From Catajapyx aquilonaris (Eukaryota), in the NCBI GenBank assembly GCA_000934665.2, contig KZ538746.1:1-49851 (forward strand): DNA of 49,851 bases, written 5' to 3'. The stretch's first letter is position 1. Each line of letters opens with the position of its first letter. The translations under genes were made by a program, and so were the position numbers. This document shows, piece after piece, positions 1 to 12,140 of the stretch. The notes beneath the pieces are model-generated. The model saw only the letters and a list, made by a program, of their open reading frames with translations. It searched no databases and was not told where the DNA came from.

Positions 1-93
1 TTTTTACTTTCACCAATGAATTTTTGGCCTGCGATTTACCCCTAGTGTCATTTTCGGGCCGATTGGCCGATGGCCCTACAGACACTTCCCTTG
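1..93. mobile_element. Right end of a Harbinger-like MITE (same family as 17492-18196), cut by the window edge
   Basis: Matches the right arm at ~18105-18196 (gtgtcattttcgggccgattggcc...acagacacttcccttg) and is followed by TAA. Confidence 0.75.
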
Positions 94-1543
94 TAAGAAC
101 TCCGACCCTGCTTCGAACGAACTGGCAAATAGGTCGAGAATTCCGTCGGACGAAATGTCATGGGACGAATAATAATGTCTTCGGGTGAAAATTGTTCTCC
201 AGAAGTTCTATGTTGCTTATTCCTATCAGTCAGCAGCTGGCATAGTTACATACAGTCCGTAACCAGAACCTAGTGAAGTCACGCCGCAATTCATCTCACA
301 ACCATCCGACTGTTATCACTTATCATACACCCTATAGGCAAAGTAGAGAAAAAATGAGCCCAGACCCCTCGGAGAAATATCTGGTGACCCTTCCACGACC
401 TCCACCAGCCTATTGTCGTTGTGTCCACGCGCTGTATAACCCCTGATTGCGTGAACAAATGGAGGCAGCAAATCACATTTGGCGGGCTCTCTTTTGAGTC
501 CTGAGCCGCCATAGCCTTCCTTCCTGGCGGCAGCAAATCAATGGGGTGGGGGGGGGGGGGNCCCGTGGGGGAAAGTCGGGGGATACTATTGCCCAAGGGT
601 TTGCCGCCCAAAGTCACGTGCTCTTTTCCAACAGGTGGCCATCGCTGTCAATCCACTCAGATAGCCGCCTTGCCCTTTTTCCTATAGGGCGGTACGCCAA
701 GAGATGGGCTTAATTTTTCACGCGAAGAGACTAAATCATAAAAAATATGAGTTTAAAAAAAAGGTAACTAGAATCTCCCTTCCGCCCCTCCCACGGAACT
801 CATCCCGTTGATGTAATTTGCCGCTCGTTTACCGCCAAATTCCATTAGCTGGGTCTTACCCCTCTGCTTTGGGCATGCCACCCAATCCCCCAGATCTCAG
901 AATTCAAATATTTTTCCTGCACTCGTCTACGAAATGAGGATGGGGAGAAGAGATGGAGAGGGAATCTCCAAACCTAGATAACAGTCTTGCCCTTGTGCGT
1001 GATAGGCCTGGAAACTTTGTTCTCTTATGCAATAATATTATTGTCTGTATCGAAATGGCAGAGCCCTAAAATTTTGACCAATGATGTGAGCTCAATTTTT
1101 GAGACAAAACTTTTAGGTACCGGTACTGATAGGATACCTCGCACTCGACATAAGCATGAGGACCAAAATGACATTGGATTTGACCCCTTGTTCTATCGGG
1201 TCACATAAAAAAAATGCGGTTAGTTCCAAAATTCCTGTTTCCAAGCCTGTCTCCAGAGACTCACCTAATCTGATCTTCTCCATTAGTCTTCCCCTGGTCC
1301 CACCCCCACCATCGTGCCTTACAGACAAAGTAATCACAGAAAAATTGTATTTAGTAGTGTGATCTGATAAGGGGAGAAGGCTGGGTTTGGCTGGATGGGG
1401 GAGGGGGGTGGAGAATCTTAGTTATTGACATCCCATAAGGTTTCCCCCAATTGACCCTGGGTGGTCAACCTGATGGTGAGTATTGTCTGTAATGGTCACC
1501 ACCTGAGCCCACTCTTTCTTTCTTTTTTTCCAATATCCCACAG

Positions 1544-1612
1544 ACAAGTGCGGGAAGTGCCGCAGCGCAAGTCGACGCCTCAACCTGAAGAAGTATTGCA
1601 AGAGGGATTATG
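1544..1612 (+). CDS. Net: Netrin, internal coding exon (start of NTR/C345C domain); upstream exons lie outside the window
   Basis: Pyrimidine tract + cag acceptor at 1543, donor gtaagc at 1613; translates KCGKCRSASRRLNLKKYCKRDY, the netrin KKYCKxDY motif. Confidence 0.93.
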
Positions 1613-2253
1613 GTAAGCATTTCTGTTTTTTTGTTCCTTCTGCAATGCCGTTTCTTTACAGAGGAGGATTAGGCAAATTGGAGGGGTTGAGAGAGTAGGT
1701 GGTGGTGGGGTAGTAAGCTTCATTGACGGGAGTTCTGAAAACGTCATTGACAGGCAGGCCGTCCCTTTCCTAAGCTGGCTTCCCATGGAGGAATCACGGA
1801 TCTGGAAAGTCAGAGCAAAGAGTGGGGGAGAGACCCACAATGGTGGGCCAGCTGAATGGAGGAATGGCCGTGTGTGTTTGGCTGCGGATTTCTGCTTCCG
1901 ATCCCTTCAGTCAGTCTTTTCTGGTCAAGGTCCACCATCTGGATGGTCAGGCAGGCGTACTTGCGACAATATGTTGCTTGTCCTATCAAACTGGTCGCTT
2001 GGGGCCACCTTGCTTGGCCTGGGAGATGAAGGTCGCATGCAATCACAGGTGATCATGGTGAACGCCGTGTACCACCAGCATGCAGTACCTCCTGGTAAAA
2101 TTGCGCTGTACCACACCGGACCTTGATGGGAAAGCCTGACTCGGCCTGACTAAAGATGATATGCTGTCATACTTGCTCTCATATCAGCAATATTGCACCT
2201 AAAGCGAGCGATTTTCCTATCGTGTGAGTGCTCTACTGTTCATGTCCAGGAGA

Positions 2254-2383
2254 CAATGGGTGGAACGTATAACTTTCGTCCCAGTGATAGTTAATACTAA
2301 CTTAGCAGTACTAGTGCAGTGTTGGGAATGGTACTACTAAGTTAGCAGTAACTAGCATCGGGACGAAAATTCCACCCAATGGT
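2254..2383. repeat. Short imperfect foldback (MITE-like)
   Basis: tgggtggaa/ttccaccca, tttcgtccc/gggacgaaa and ctaacttag/ctaagttag inverted pairs. Confidence 0.55.
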
Positions 2384-3943
2384 GCTGTCCAGGTTGACGA
2401 TTATTCGTTTGTCACAGTGTGTCCATTATAGTACCGAGAGCGATATTGAAGCCCGAAAGACTCATAATTATTTCTTGCTTTTGGTGCACATCGCCGACGA
2501 GTGAATGTTTCCTAACCCAAGTCTACCGTCAGGAGCACATACAAATGTTATAACTATCCAAACACAGCTACCACACTTTAAAGCCATAAGCGTGTGAGTA
2601 TGGTATGAAACGCAGTAGAAAGTGGCGTTTATTGCTTTTTTGTTGTTCGCGGCACAAACTGCTCCCAGTCTTCCAAGGGTCCCAAAAAGTCAGTCCCAAC
2701 AAAGCACGTGCCACAATAGAAGCGAGTAACGAGGGGTATATGAGGCTGTAACCGTCATAAATGCTGTTGACGAGGCGGAGTTTCTGCTTCCGTCGAAATA
2801 TCTCGTTGAGGGATTGCGTTCATCATACGCCGCAGAATTGATTTCACAACGGTACGTCACAGACTTACCTGAGAGTCGCACGCTCAACAATATCAAAAAT
2901 CTGAAGCAGAACCAGAATCCACCTATGGGAGCCAGCACGTATCCAGCTGACTCGTTTGGATATGCAGAGCAGTATATAGGTAGACCCTCTCGTCGGAAAT
3001 CCTGGTTTCCCTAGGGGGTCCCATGAGATTTAGGCAGTGGCGGTCGGGCGGCGAAAAGCGTTCCGAATGCCTGGCTGCAATCCCGCCTCGTTCTGGGATC
3101 CACCTAATCAGAAGTGACGGCGCTTCTTCTGGCCAAATGGCCCGGACAAAAGACTCCCCGGGGTCCCCTGCGGTCAGAATGCACCAGCAGCCAGCCTCCC
3201 TCTTCCTTTCCTTCTTTTCGCTTCACAAGAACCTAGGGGGCTCGTGGCCCACCCCCAGTAAACACGATCCCTGTTGAGGCCCTATCTGAGAGTGCTGAAT
3301 CAAAAATTTTCGGCTGGGGGTAGGAGGAGGAGGGGTGGACCAGAAGTGTTCATGGGAGACCCAGCCTCGTTTTTCCACCTCAAGGAAAGTGCCTGGCGGC
3401 CTTATTAAAACGGCCCAGTCGAATGGCTCGGAAAGACTGCCATAGCAGCAATAGCAGCCATAGCAGGTCACATGGGAGCACCTCATCAGCCATTTGCAGA
3501 GAGGGGGAAACACACCGCCGGGCCAGGAAATGGTTTCGACGCCTCGTAAGCCTCAAACGTGCTCCACATTCCTTCCTTTTTTTTTCTTTCTTTCTTTCTT
3601 CTTCTCTCGCACTCTGTCTCGCTTTCTCCATTGGGAGGTTGCCTTCTGGAACCGAGCCTTCCGACTCGGGAGATTGGACTCGGTGCAAGGCGATGGTGTG
3701 TGACTCCTCTTCATATGGTTCGATTCGGGTCTGAATTATGTCGACAGACGAGGGATGGATGTGCTGTGGACTCATAGTGTCAGTTGTCGCAGTTTTCATA
3801 TGCCAAATGCTGGGACGGCATGATGACGAACCTTTGAGCATCCCCGTTTGATTCCCGGATATAGGATGGATGATTTTTGGAACAGTTTGGCCAGAGTTTC
3901 GATTGGTTCTTTCCATGCATTATTGAGGTTATGAATAAAGTCG

Positions 3944-3945
<2 letters not shown>

Positions 3946-4020
<75 letters not shown>

Positions 4021-4045
4021 GTTATTATTATTATTGTTGTTATTA
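3946..4045. repeat. (ATT)n microsatellite
   Basis: Direct reading; explains the poly-Asn and poly-Ile ORFs. Confidence 0.97.
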
Positions 4046-4109
4046 TGCTTTACATGGCGAAAGGCAATGATTTGATGGATTTCTATAATGTTGTCATGTT
4101 TCTTCTCAG

Positions 4110-4287
4110 CCATCTTGGCTACGGTGCTGACCCGCGAGCCAGTGGATGGCCTCTGGGTCAAGTTCACCCTGAACGTGCAAGCCGTGTACAAGAAAGGAAG
4201 GGACAGCCGAACCCGCCCGGGAACCAACTATCTGTGGGTTAAGATGAAACATCTTGCTTGCAAATGCCCCAAGGTCAAAGTCAACAA
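4110..4287 (+). CDS. Net: Netrin, penultimate coding exon (NTR/C345C domain)
   Basis: tcttctcag acceptor, gtaagt donor at 4288, phase matches previous exon; AILATVLTREPVDGLWVKFTLNVQAVYKKGRDSRTRPGTNYLWVKMKHLACKCPKVKVNK. Confidence 0.95.
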
Positions 4288-4469
4288 GTAAGTGGGCTGA
4301 TGTTGGTGTCAGTTGCTATTACTGTATGTGGTACGTCGTTCGCATTGGTATGTGTGCTTTCAAAAAAAATTCTTGTGAGATTCCGGGCGATTATTCATTT
4401 TTATTTTCAGCTGTTGACATAAATTTTGGTACAATGTGGTGGGGATGTGGCAAAGCTCTATGTGCTGAG

Positions 4470-4540
4470 GTTCCCGTAGCTCAATGGCAGAGCGTCACTC
4501 GTATCGAGTGTGGACCCAGGTTCGATTCCTGGCGGGGGCA
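4470..4540 (+). pseudogene. tRNA-like cloverleaf (tRNA pseudogene or SINE head) with non-canonical anticodon loop
   Basis: Acceptor GTTCCCG/CGGGGGC, D stem GCTC/GAGC, T arm CCAGG-TTCGATT-CCTGG; anticodon arm CACTCG-TAT-CGAGTG lacks U33; decayed relative near 26147-26197. Confidence 0.6.
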
Positions 4541-6284
4541 GCGCCGAATATAAGCCGAGCCACATCTATCTGCCAGGGAAGTTTCATGATACGGTATCGG
4601 GAGCAGATACAGTGTGAGGAGGGAAAGTGGCCACTATCGCCATCTGTATTTCGTGTTTGGTACTGTGATATACAGTGGGCACCTGAATTTATTACTGTAT
4701 ATTAGCTTCCAAGTTCCAGAAGTTATTGCAAGCTTATTATTATTTTTGAATTAAGTATTCAAGATTGTTGGCACTATAATATAGTACTGTTAAACACAAG
4801 ATGGCCCTATGTTAAGAAGATAGTGCATAACAAATAACATGAAACTTATTTTCTATCTTTGCGTTTACTGAATCTCCATGAAAGGAAATTACTTAATGCA
4901 GAAGCTTGTAAAAAGTAAATTTCAGCCTAAACCTTTGTAGCAGGAATGTCAGAAGATGTTCCTTAAATTAAAAATTTGTCGTGTAGAATATCTGGCATGC
5001 TGGTGTTGGCCAGTTATTTGTTACTTATTATTGGGGTGTCAGCTAGTGACACTCTTAAGAAAATGTTTCAACAATGTCTTCATTTGATTACAACAGAATA
5101 ATGTTGATGAATGTAGACGGCATAAGTGCTCCATGTTTCAGTGACTTTGCTGATGGTTGGCCAGGAAATTTAGATAAATGACCTAACCTAGCATCATAAT
5201 TTCACTGACAGTGAGACAGTCAAATTCGGTCATGTCTTGCATGTGAAATATGATGTAATGGACTTTAAAAAAGGGTGCCTGATCTTACTGCTTCAATTTC
5301 AGCTGCTGTAGGAGTTGTTAAACATAAATGCAACTTTACCCAAAGTGTTAATTCCATCTTGGTCACAGAGGCATGGGAAACTACATTTTTTACTTACTAT
5401 AAGAGAGAATGAAAGTCAAAACCAGAAGTATTTCACACATGGTATAAGCAATATTCTGAATGAAATAGTGCTCCAAAAATGAAATAATGTTACTAGTTAT
5501 CCTGTGCATTAGTATATCTCATAATATTTCTAAGGCTGGATAGGCTCATAGTAGATTGATCACCAAGGATTGATCCTTGTTATTCAGCCAGTAATGACTA
5601 GCAAAGATATAGATAGACCATGCCAATTCAATCTGTATGCTGAATGGTACAACCTGGCCTCAGCAGGCCTATTGCAGTTATTAATATTATTATGCATCAA
5701 TATGTACATGATCAAAATAGCACTATGTGCATGATTATGAAAGGTGATAGAATAAAGTAATACCGGTATACTATATCAGTATAAATAAGTCTGTACATAC
5801 AAGAAATGTGAAAAAATAATGTGCTATAGTCTTTAGTGCATCTAAATCAAATGGAGTTGTTTAACTTGAGCATTTAGCCATCTATTTGTAGTCCATGCTG
5901 CCACCAGTTATCACTTCTATAGTATTTCAGTATGGTATCAGAGTCTGAAACGCAGTCTGTAATGCCATGATGAAATAATTAAAATATTCCTAGTGGCCCA
6001 GGACTGCCGTGAATAGGTGTGTTTGTAGAGTACTGGTATTGTTTTAGCTTGTTATTAATTGAGGTACAGTACATTTGCAACTCCGTGCCAACTGGAATAC
6101 TAATGCCCAACATTTCATTGCATTGTCAGCTATGTATGTACAATCTAATTTTGAACTGGCTTTTTCTCCCTGAGCAGGTTTCTTGAGTAATTAACCATGA
6201 CACTGTATTGTGTACCAGCTGCAGGCCTTTTCCTGTTGGCTTGATGGCTGTGTCTAAGAGGAGCCCTGTCTCTTAATTATTCAG

Positions 6285-6426
6285 GCCTTACCTAATCCTG
6301 GGGAAGGACAAGAAGGATGGCCGGCCAGGGTTCGTGGCCAACCGGCACTCCATTGTCATTGAATGGCGTGATGAGTGGCACCAACGTATGCGGCGCTTCA
6401 AACGTCGAGCCCGCAAATGCAAGTAG
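6285..6426 (+). CDS. Net: Netrin, terminal coding exon
   Basis: ttattcag acceptor, phase matches; KPYLILGKDKKDGRPGFVANRHSIVIEWRDEWHQRMRRFKRRARKCK*, the typical basic netrin C-terminus. Confidence 0.95.
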
Positions 6427-7359
6427 GCGCCTGCGGGTGGTTGGGCTCGGAGCTAGGAAAAACTCTGTTCCTGCCCACCTCCCCACTTCACAACTCCGAC
6501 AGCGAGGACTACATATCAGGTGTCGAAGGCGAACTAGCTCCGCCCTCACCCTTCCACAGCCTCCTTTCTTTTTGTCCCTCCTCCTCCTTTAAGCTATGTT
6601 TCGCTGTATTACCTGTAGAATAACCCCTGTTGTAAAGTGGTTGCTGTGTGTATATAGCTCTGGTCAGAAGTGAGTTCCTATGTGGTTGTAAGGAATGTGG
6701 TAGTCGCACTGTTGGGGGGAGGGGGCTCATGTGTTGATGAGGAAGGAGTAAGCAGTGGGCAGGCTGACCGAGCTGGCAGGTGAGCTTGTCCACTGACACT
6801 GACACAACCGGCTCGATTGGAAAAAGAAAGGGGTAGAGAAGAGCGAAGTGTGCGTGGTGTTTGGTTGGCACTCGTATGTGCATCAGTATATTCTCGTCCG
6901 TGTCTGTCTCGTGAGTGTTTGGTGTTACGTCTGTAGTAGAACAGAGCAGCTGCAAGTGGGCACAGGTGCCATGCCCCAGGGCCCACGTGCCGCCTGCCCA
7001 ATAATTTCCTTGTTGTGTGTTGTATCTTGTCGTTGTTTGTGGAGTGGCACTTAACTCAATTGAGCCAGATGTCCTTTGAAAAAAAAATTTCATCAGTTGA
7101 CTTTAAGAGGCTGACTCAATTGCAGCCTGTGTGCCAAAGCCTATTTATTCTTAGACACTTCGTTCTTGTCAGGAGCATGACAAGCTCGACAGCAATAGTT
7201 GAGTGTGCAGTGGATGTGACTAATGCAATTCCCTGAAATCATCTGTGTTTATCTTTGTACGTATGAAGCTAAAATATTTATTAGTGCTTAGATTAAATAG
7301 CATTTATTGAGGAACTCCCATTTATCCTCACCTGTACACCATCAACACTGTTCTAAAAT

Positions 7360-7525
7360 AATAAAACCTTTACTCCACCTCACCCTCACCCACATATTTT
7401 CCTTTGATCCTCCACGTCCATGTTGGTGTGTCACCAGACTGTAATGTTTAGCTTTCACAGTGATATTGTACCATTTTTACATGCAGCTGTGCTTGCTGCT
7501 TATATTATGTACCTTCGGAAATAAA
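7360..7525 (+). terminator. Candidate netrin polyadenylation signals
   Basis: AATAAA at 7360-7365 and 7520-7525, about 0.9-1.1 kb after the stop codon. Confidence 0.4.
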
Positions 7526-7814
7526 TTATTTATATGTCCATCTGGCTGCAGTTTTGTCAACTACATTTCAATAATTGGAATAACAATTGAATTGGTCTTA
7601 TATATTTTTTACTGACTTATGCATTCTACATCACTTGCAGACAAGGAGAGTGAGAGGTGCAAAGAAAGCATACAAGACTACATAGACCATAGAGTACAGC
7701 TCTGGGTTAAGCACACTAGGGTACTATACTTAGCAAAATGACGAAGATGACTGCTCATGGAAAGATAGCATGTGCCCATGACTGCTAGGAGATATGGATG
7801 GTAGGATGCTACTG

Positions 7815-7889
7815 CGACGCCTAAGGATTATATTGTCGTATGTCCATTGTTAAAACGTGGACATACGACAATATAATCCTTAGGCGTCG
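7815..7889. repeat. Perfect 32-bp-arm hairpin (75 bp mini-MITE) with 4-bp ACTG direct repeat
   Basis: Arms 7815-7846 and 7858-7889 are exact reverse complements, 11-nt loop; actg at 7811-7814 and 7890-7893. Confidence 0.85.
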
Positions 7890-8230
7890 ACTGCACAATA
7901 CTCAATGCCACAAGGTCATTATGATTACTGTACTAGGAATCACAGCTTTTTGAAACTCTGGCTGTTTGGGAATAAATATATACCGTACGGCATATAAAGC
8001 TTTTCTGATATAAATAGATGTTTATTGTTATCATCTGCCATGGAGAGGTCAAAAGATAGATCACGCGGAACGTTTCATTAAGAGTAGGAAATAACACTGT
8101 GTCAGTAGTCTTGTGGTTTACTTTCAGTTGAGGTCACAATATTTTCACTCCACAGGCTTAACTCATGTTGAGGTAACATTCTTCATCCAGTCGTAGTAAT
8201 TTGGGCCTAGTTGTTATGAACAGTATAATT

Positions 8231-8487
8231 GAGGAGCGGCAAAGCAAAACCCGCAAGATCCAATGTTGGCGGGAAACGAGTTAGGCATGGCATATTGTCC
8301 ATCACATAGGTTGTGATGCGGTGTTAAAAGCTGGTCGGGCAAAATGTGTTAGTTCCATAGTATATGAGCCCAAAAACTGTCGATTCAAGCAAATACCGCA
8401 AGATCCAGCAGCACAGTGCAAGCAAAACCAGCAAGATCAATAGAAAAGTTTGTGATGGATCTTGCGGGTTTTGCTTTATCGCTCCAC
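8231..8487. mobile_element. Sola-like MITE
   Basis: TIR gaggagcggcaaagcaaaacccgcaagatcca / tggatcttgcgggttttgctttatcgctccac; AATT duplicated on both sides; GAG terminus. Confidence 0.7.
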
Positions 8488-9821
8488 AATTACTACTAGG
8501 CATGACTAATTAAACAGAATCTACTCTCTCTCCCTCTCTCTCTTTCTCTGCAATTATAACTGGGGCCTCTCTGCCACTTTTCCTGGGATGACGAAGGAGT
8601 CTTGTAGTTTGAACATTGCCAATCTCCCTCTCTATCGTCCTCTCTCTTCGAAAGATGCCCTTAATTGAGAGCAATGATGTACTGTCAGCTGTTACAGTAA
8701 GCACTCACTTTTCAAGGTATATGTAACCAGGGGAATGGCCAATACTTGTACAGTGCATGTGTTACCACTTTTGTTATGTGGTAATATATTGGCTTATTGG
8801 TAGAATTCAATGTGTAGACTCTATAATTTAAAATGGTCCCCCCAAAAATGACCAAGGTCGCAGAACGGGGTATAAAAATATACCATTAAAAAATTAAAAT
8901 TAAAAATGTGATAGAATCTTCATGCCACATTATGGTAGCCTAGTTGCTTGAAATTTCAGGTTTCATAGAGCAGTGATTTTTGGTGAATCATCTGAACATA
9001 TTTTGGTCAAAGGAATGATTTTGTGACACATAAGAAGGCATAGCAGTTGGAGCAATACATCAACAAAATAAATGTGACCACCTAATATGGAATGAAATTT
9101 TCGCAGCTAAAAAGAAATAATATGAGAGGAAGGCTTGTGCCAATAACTTACCAGATGGCACAAAAGATGAAATTGGTATGAAACACTTACAGTACCGGTA
9201 TTTCTAAACATGATAATAACTGTGACAGTGGTCATTGCCTATTAGTAGCCTATACGTTCACTGTTGCAATGCGATGTAGTATTTGACACTATCATTCTCT
9301 AACTGATGCAACATGGCATACATAAGCGAGGCAACAACCATGTCGTATGATGTGTCAGTTGCAATGTTAATCACTTCTGTAGCTGGCTACTGCCACACAT
9401 TATTTTCAGACTGTGTTTGCATACAATAAGTTCTTTCCAGTCAATTGAATCTTTAAATTAAAGTACAGGTGTTGCCAGGGCCAGTTCAGGAATAATTTCA
9501 TCTCTGGTCTTTTTACAACTAAAAACTCAACTGTTATAATGACATTCAGGCAATGGGCTAAACCTTCTTTGCCACAGCTCATGGTAAAGGCAATGCTGAC
9601 AGTTTTGGAGAGCAGCATGAGAGAAGATTTCATGGAAGCTGGCAGGTATAGTAGTGAACACAGAAAAGTTTTTTGATGTGACCAAACAGGCTTGTCCCAA
9701 CATTAACATCCTGCATCTCTGCCATCCCAAGTTAAAAACATCCTAACTTGAAAACGAGTGAGGGTGAAAGTCGCATACATGCAACCTTCACCCTTACTAG
9801 TTTTCAAGTTAGGGTGTTTTA

Positions 9822-10379
9822 AGGGCGACATGGTGGCCGAGTGGTTAGCGCCGCAGCCTTCCACCTCTAAGGTCCCGAGTTCGATCCCCAAGCCGCATGG
9901 AGGATATACTTATGTGGGATAGAGTTTCAATGCTGGGTTCTCTCCGTCTTTCCGTGGGTATTCTCGGGGTTCTCCTGTTCCCTCCCACAATCGAAGTCCA
10001 TCACAGCGCAGGCAATGATGAACCCGGGAACCGTGACGTGAGGTCTTTTAGGACTCCAAAGGAATTAAAATGCATTAAAATTACAATTACAATGAACTGT
10101 TTGCCATTTTTTAAAAGTATATATACAGTATAACAGGAAGTGCATGTTTATTTTGAATTGTGATCATTTTAGGCATTGTTCAAAAGTAGTATATAAAAAT
10201 TAAAATATGGCACGGGGTCCTAAAAGACCCCACAGCACGGTTCCCGTAACTTTCAGGCACGTCACGGTTCCAGGGTTAAAGACTGTTATTCAAAAGATGA
10301 TCCCCTGGAGGCCCAAGGAGGCCTAGCTGTCACGGGGTATCCATTATTATTATTATTATCATCATCATCATTTTTTTTA
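9822..10379 (+). mobile_element. tRNA-derived SINE, family B (V-domain-like centre), interrupted by a MITE
   Basis: A box tggccgagtgg, B box gagttcgatccc, (ATT)n tail, 16-bp TSD aagttagggtgtttta (9806-9821, 10380-10395); homologous to 22418-23470. Confidence 0.9.
10023..10275. mobile_element. piggyBac-type MITE nested in SINE B
   Basis: TIR cccgggaaccgtgacgtg / cacgtcacggttccaggg, internal inverted ggtcttttaggac/gtcctaaaagacc; flanked by tgaa (decayed TTAA) and TTAA. Confidence 0.8.
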
Positions 10380-10808
10380 AAGTTAGGGTGTTTTACCTTG
10401 GGACGGCAGATCTGCCATCTGAAGACATGGTGCCTACGAGCTGACCAAAATGTAAACTGGAAATGGAATAGGACCAACAGCACCCTCAAACAATATGCCA
10501 AATGCACAAGGTCTCACTCTCCTTGAGAAGAAGGCCCTTTTTCCACTCAAAACTAGTGTAGTGCATTTCCCCCCCAAATATGTGCTGCAGGCCTATGTGT
10601 ATGCACAGAACTAAGGTTAAGAACAAGTTTTAATGTAGCCTAAGTAGCTTCAAAAAACTTTCCTGATGTTGCATCAGTTATAGTATAGTAGTTATAATAT
10701 AGTTATAGTAGGCTATAATGCCCCAACACTAAATCATAGAATGAGGGCCATCACTTTGATGACTTCATGTGCATAGTATTCCCTGCTAAATCCTGAATGT
10801 TATATGTA

Positions 10809-11022
10809 CACCCGCGAGCATAAAGATGGAGACAGCAGGCCCTCACCTTCGGCAGGCTGCTCTGCCAATTGCAGCTATTATGGTATCAAATATACTGTCA
10901 TAAATACACGAACACACTACGCCTGATGCAGCTAACTCGGTCCAAAAAGAGTTCATTAATTTGAGTCGGATAAAGAAAGGTCAAAAAAGGGCCTGCCGTC
11001 TCCATCTTTATGCTCGTGGGGG
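10809..11022. mobile_element. TA-flanked MITE (Tc1/mariner-type)
   Basis: About 35-bp TIR cacccgcgagcataaagatggagacagcaggccct / agggcctgccgtctccatctttatgctcgtggggg, TA on both sides. Confidence 0.7.
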
Positions 11023-11268
11023 TACACAGCACAGTAATTAGAGCAGTCCTGATAGATAAATAATTTTGGACTTACTTACATTATTAGCATGAAATATGGA
11101 CCATTATTGCAATAATTCTATCTGCCTGCATGGGATTGCCTCGGCACCACTCTTTCTGTGCTGTCAACCCCAGGGAGTATCTGGTATGCAGCAATCAGGT
11201 GCTAGACCCATGGCTAGACCCACTTGCCAACCAAAATCCGCCACCCTTTCCCTCAGAAATTCCATTTG

Positions 11269-11283
11269 AAAAATGAAACAAAA
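11269..11283 (-). terminator. Pol III oligo-T terminator of tRNA-Ile
   Basis: TTTT (11283-11280) and TTTTT (11273-11269) on the minus strand just 3' of the tRNA. Confidence 0.7.
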
Positions 11284-11286
11284 CAG

Positions 11287-11378
11287 TGCCCCAGGTGAGG
11301 CTCGAACTCACAACCCCGGCATAGCTCACTCATACTGACTTATAAGTACCGTGCGCTAACCAATTGCGCCACTGGGGC
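11287..11378 (-). tRNA. tRNA-Ile-TAT: tRNA-Ile(TAT) with 18-nt intron (11323-11340)
   Basis: Minus strand GCCCCAGTGGCGCAATTGGTTAGCGCACGGTACTTATA[AGTCAGTATGAGTGAGCT]ATGCCGGGGTTGTGAGTTCGAGCCTCACCTGGGGCA; full cloverleaf, anticodon 11344-11342, intron at canonical 37/38 position as in metazoan Ile-TAT genes. Confidence 0.96.
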
Positions 11379-11449
11379 TGCGTATTACATGTAGACCAAT
11401 GAAAATACACTTCCATCACAGGTGTAATTATAGTGCATTTTTTGAAAAC

Positions 11450-11765
11450 TAGCGCCATTGATCGCCATCATCTAGGATTGACACTTGACAGCGTGCTTGA
11501 CAGCAACATCTCTAGCAATATTTCGTAGTTTGAGAACAGCATGGTTCGAGCGTGGTTCGAGCGGGTTCGTGTTTCTAAACGGTTGAAGCGACTAACTAAG
11601 CGCACCCCTTAGCAATGACAGAAAAACAAACACTCAGTAGCGCCTCTGCCGGAGGTTATCTGAAACGCTAAATGTAACATGGCGGAGGTCTGTCTGCTTG
11701 CGTGTCAGATGGCCTAGCCGACTTGCCTGGATGGCTGGACTGCTGGGAAGAGTTGATTCCGGGAG
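11450..11765 (+). promoter_or_regulatory. Probable TMF1 promoter and non-coding first exon
   Basis: Local CpG enrichment, YY1-type motif AACATGGCGG at 11676-11685, strong donor GAG|gtgagt at 11766; the ATG exon has its own acceptor (ctag, 14481), so an upstream exon is expected. Confidence 0.6.
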
Positions 11766-12140
11766 GTGAGTTGGTTGGCGACGTGAAGGATGGGGGTGTC
11801 AGAATGGTAGGAGAAGAGGTGTGTCAAATGTTGGGTACGTTGGTTATTCAGGCGGAGAAGAGGAGAGGACATTATCAACCTTGGGATTGGGGTGTTGTAG
11901 AACAACAACAACAACAAAAAAAAGGCGTCATGTGTTGGAGGGGCAAGATATGAAATCGATGGTCACTAGTACGACAGGTAGCTATGTGGTCGACTCCTAG
12001 CACAGAAGTCGCAAACCTATCCCAAGAGTACTGTTTTGGTTGTTGGCGACATGTTTTTAAGTCCGACCAAACTTGGTGGAATGCCAGTGAAGTTGTGTTA
12101 GCTCTAGCTGGCTTCTGGTTAGGGTGAGGGCATATTTTAA

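Noticed and set aside
2735..3014. Plus-strand open frame (~90 aa) and a strong minus-strand donor cag|gtaagt near 2868 in a netrin intron
   Set aside because: No recognisable protein, no partner exon, and the netrin exons join correctly without it
3796..4242. Poly-Asn and poly-Ile ORFs
   Set aside because: Artefacts of the (ATT)n microsatellite
6424..6456. Stop-codon readthrough of netrin
   Set aside because: TAG-G is not a leaky context and another TAG follows after 9 codons
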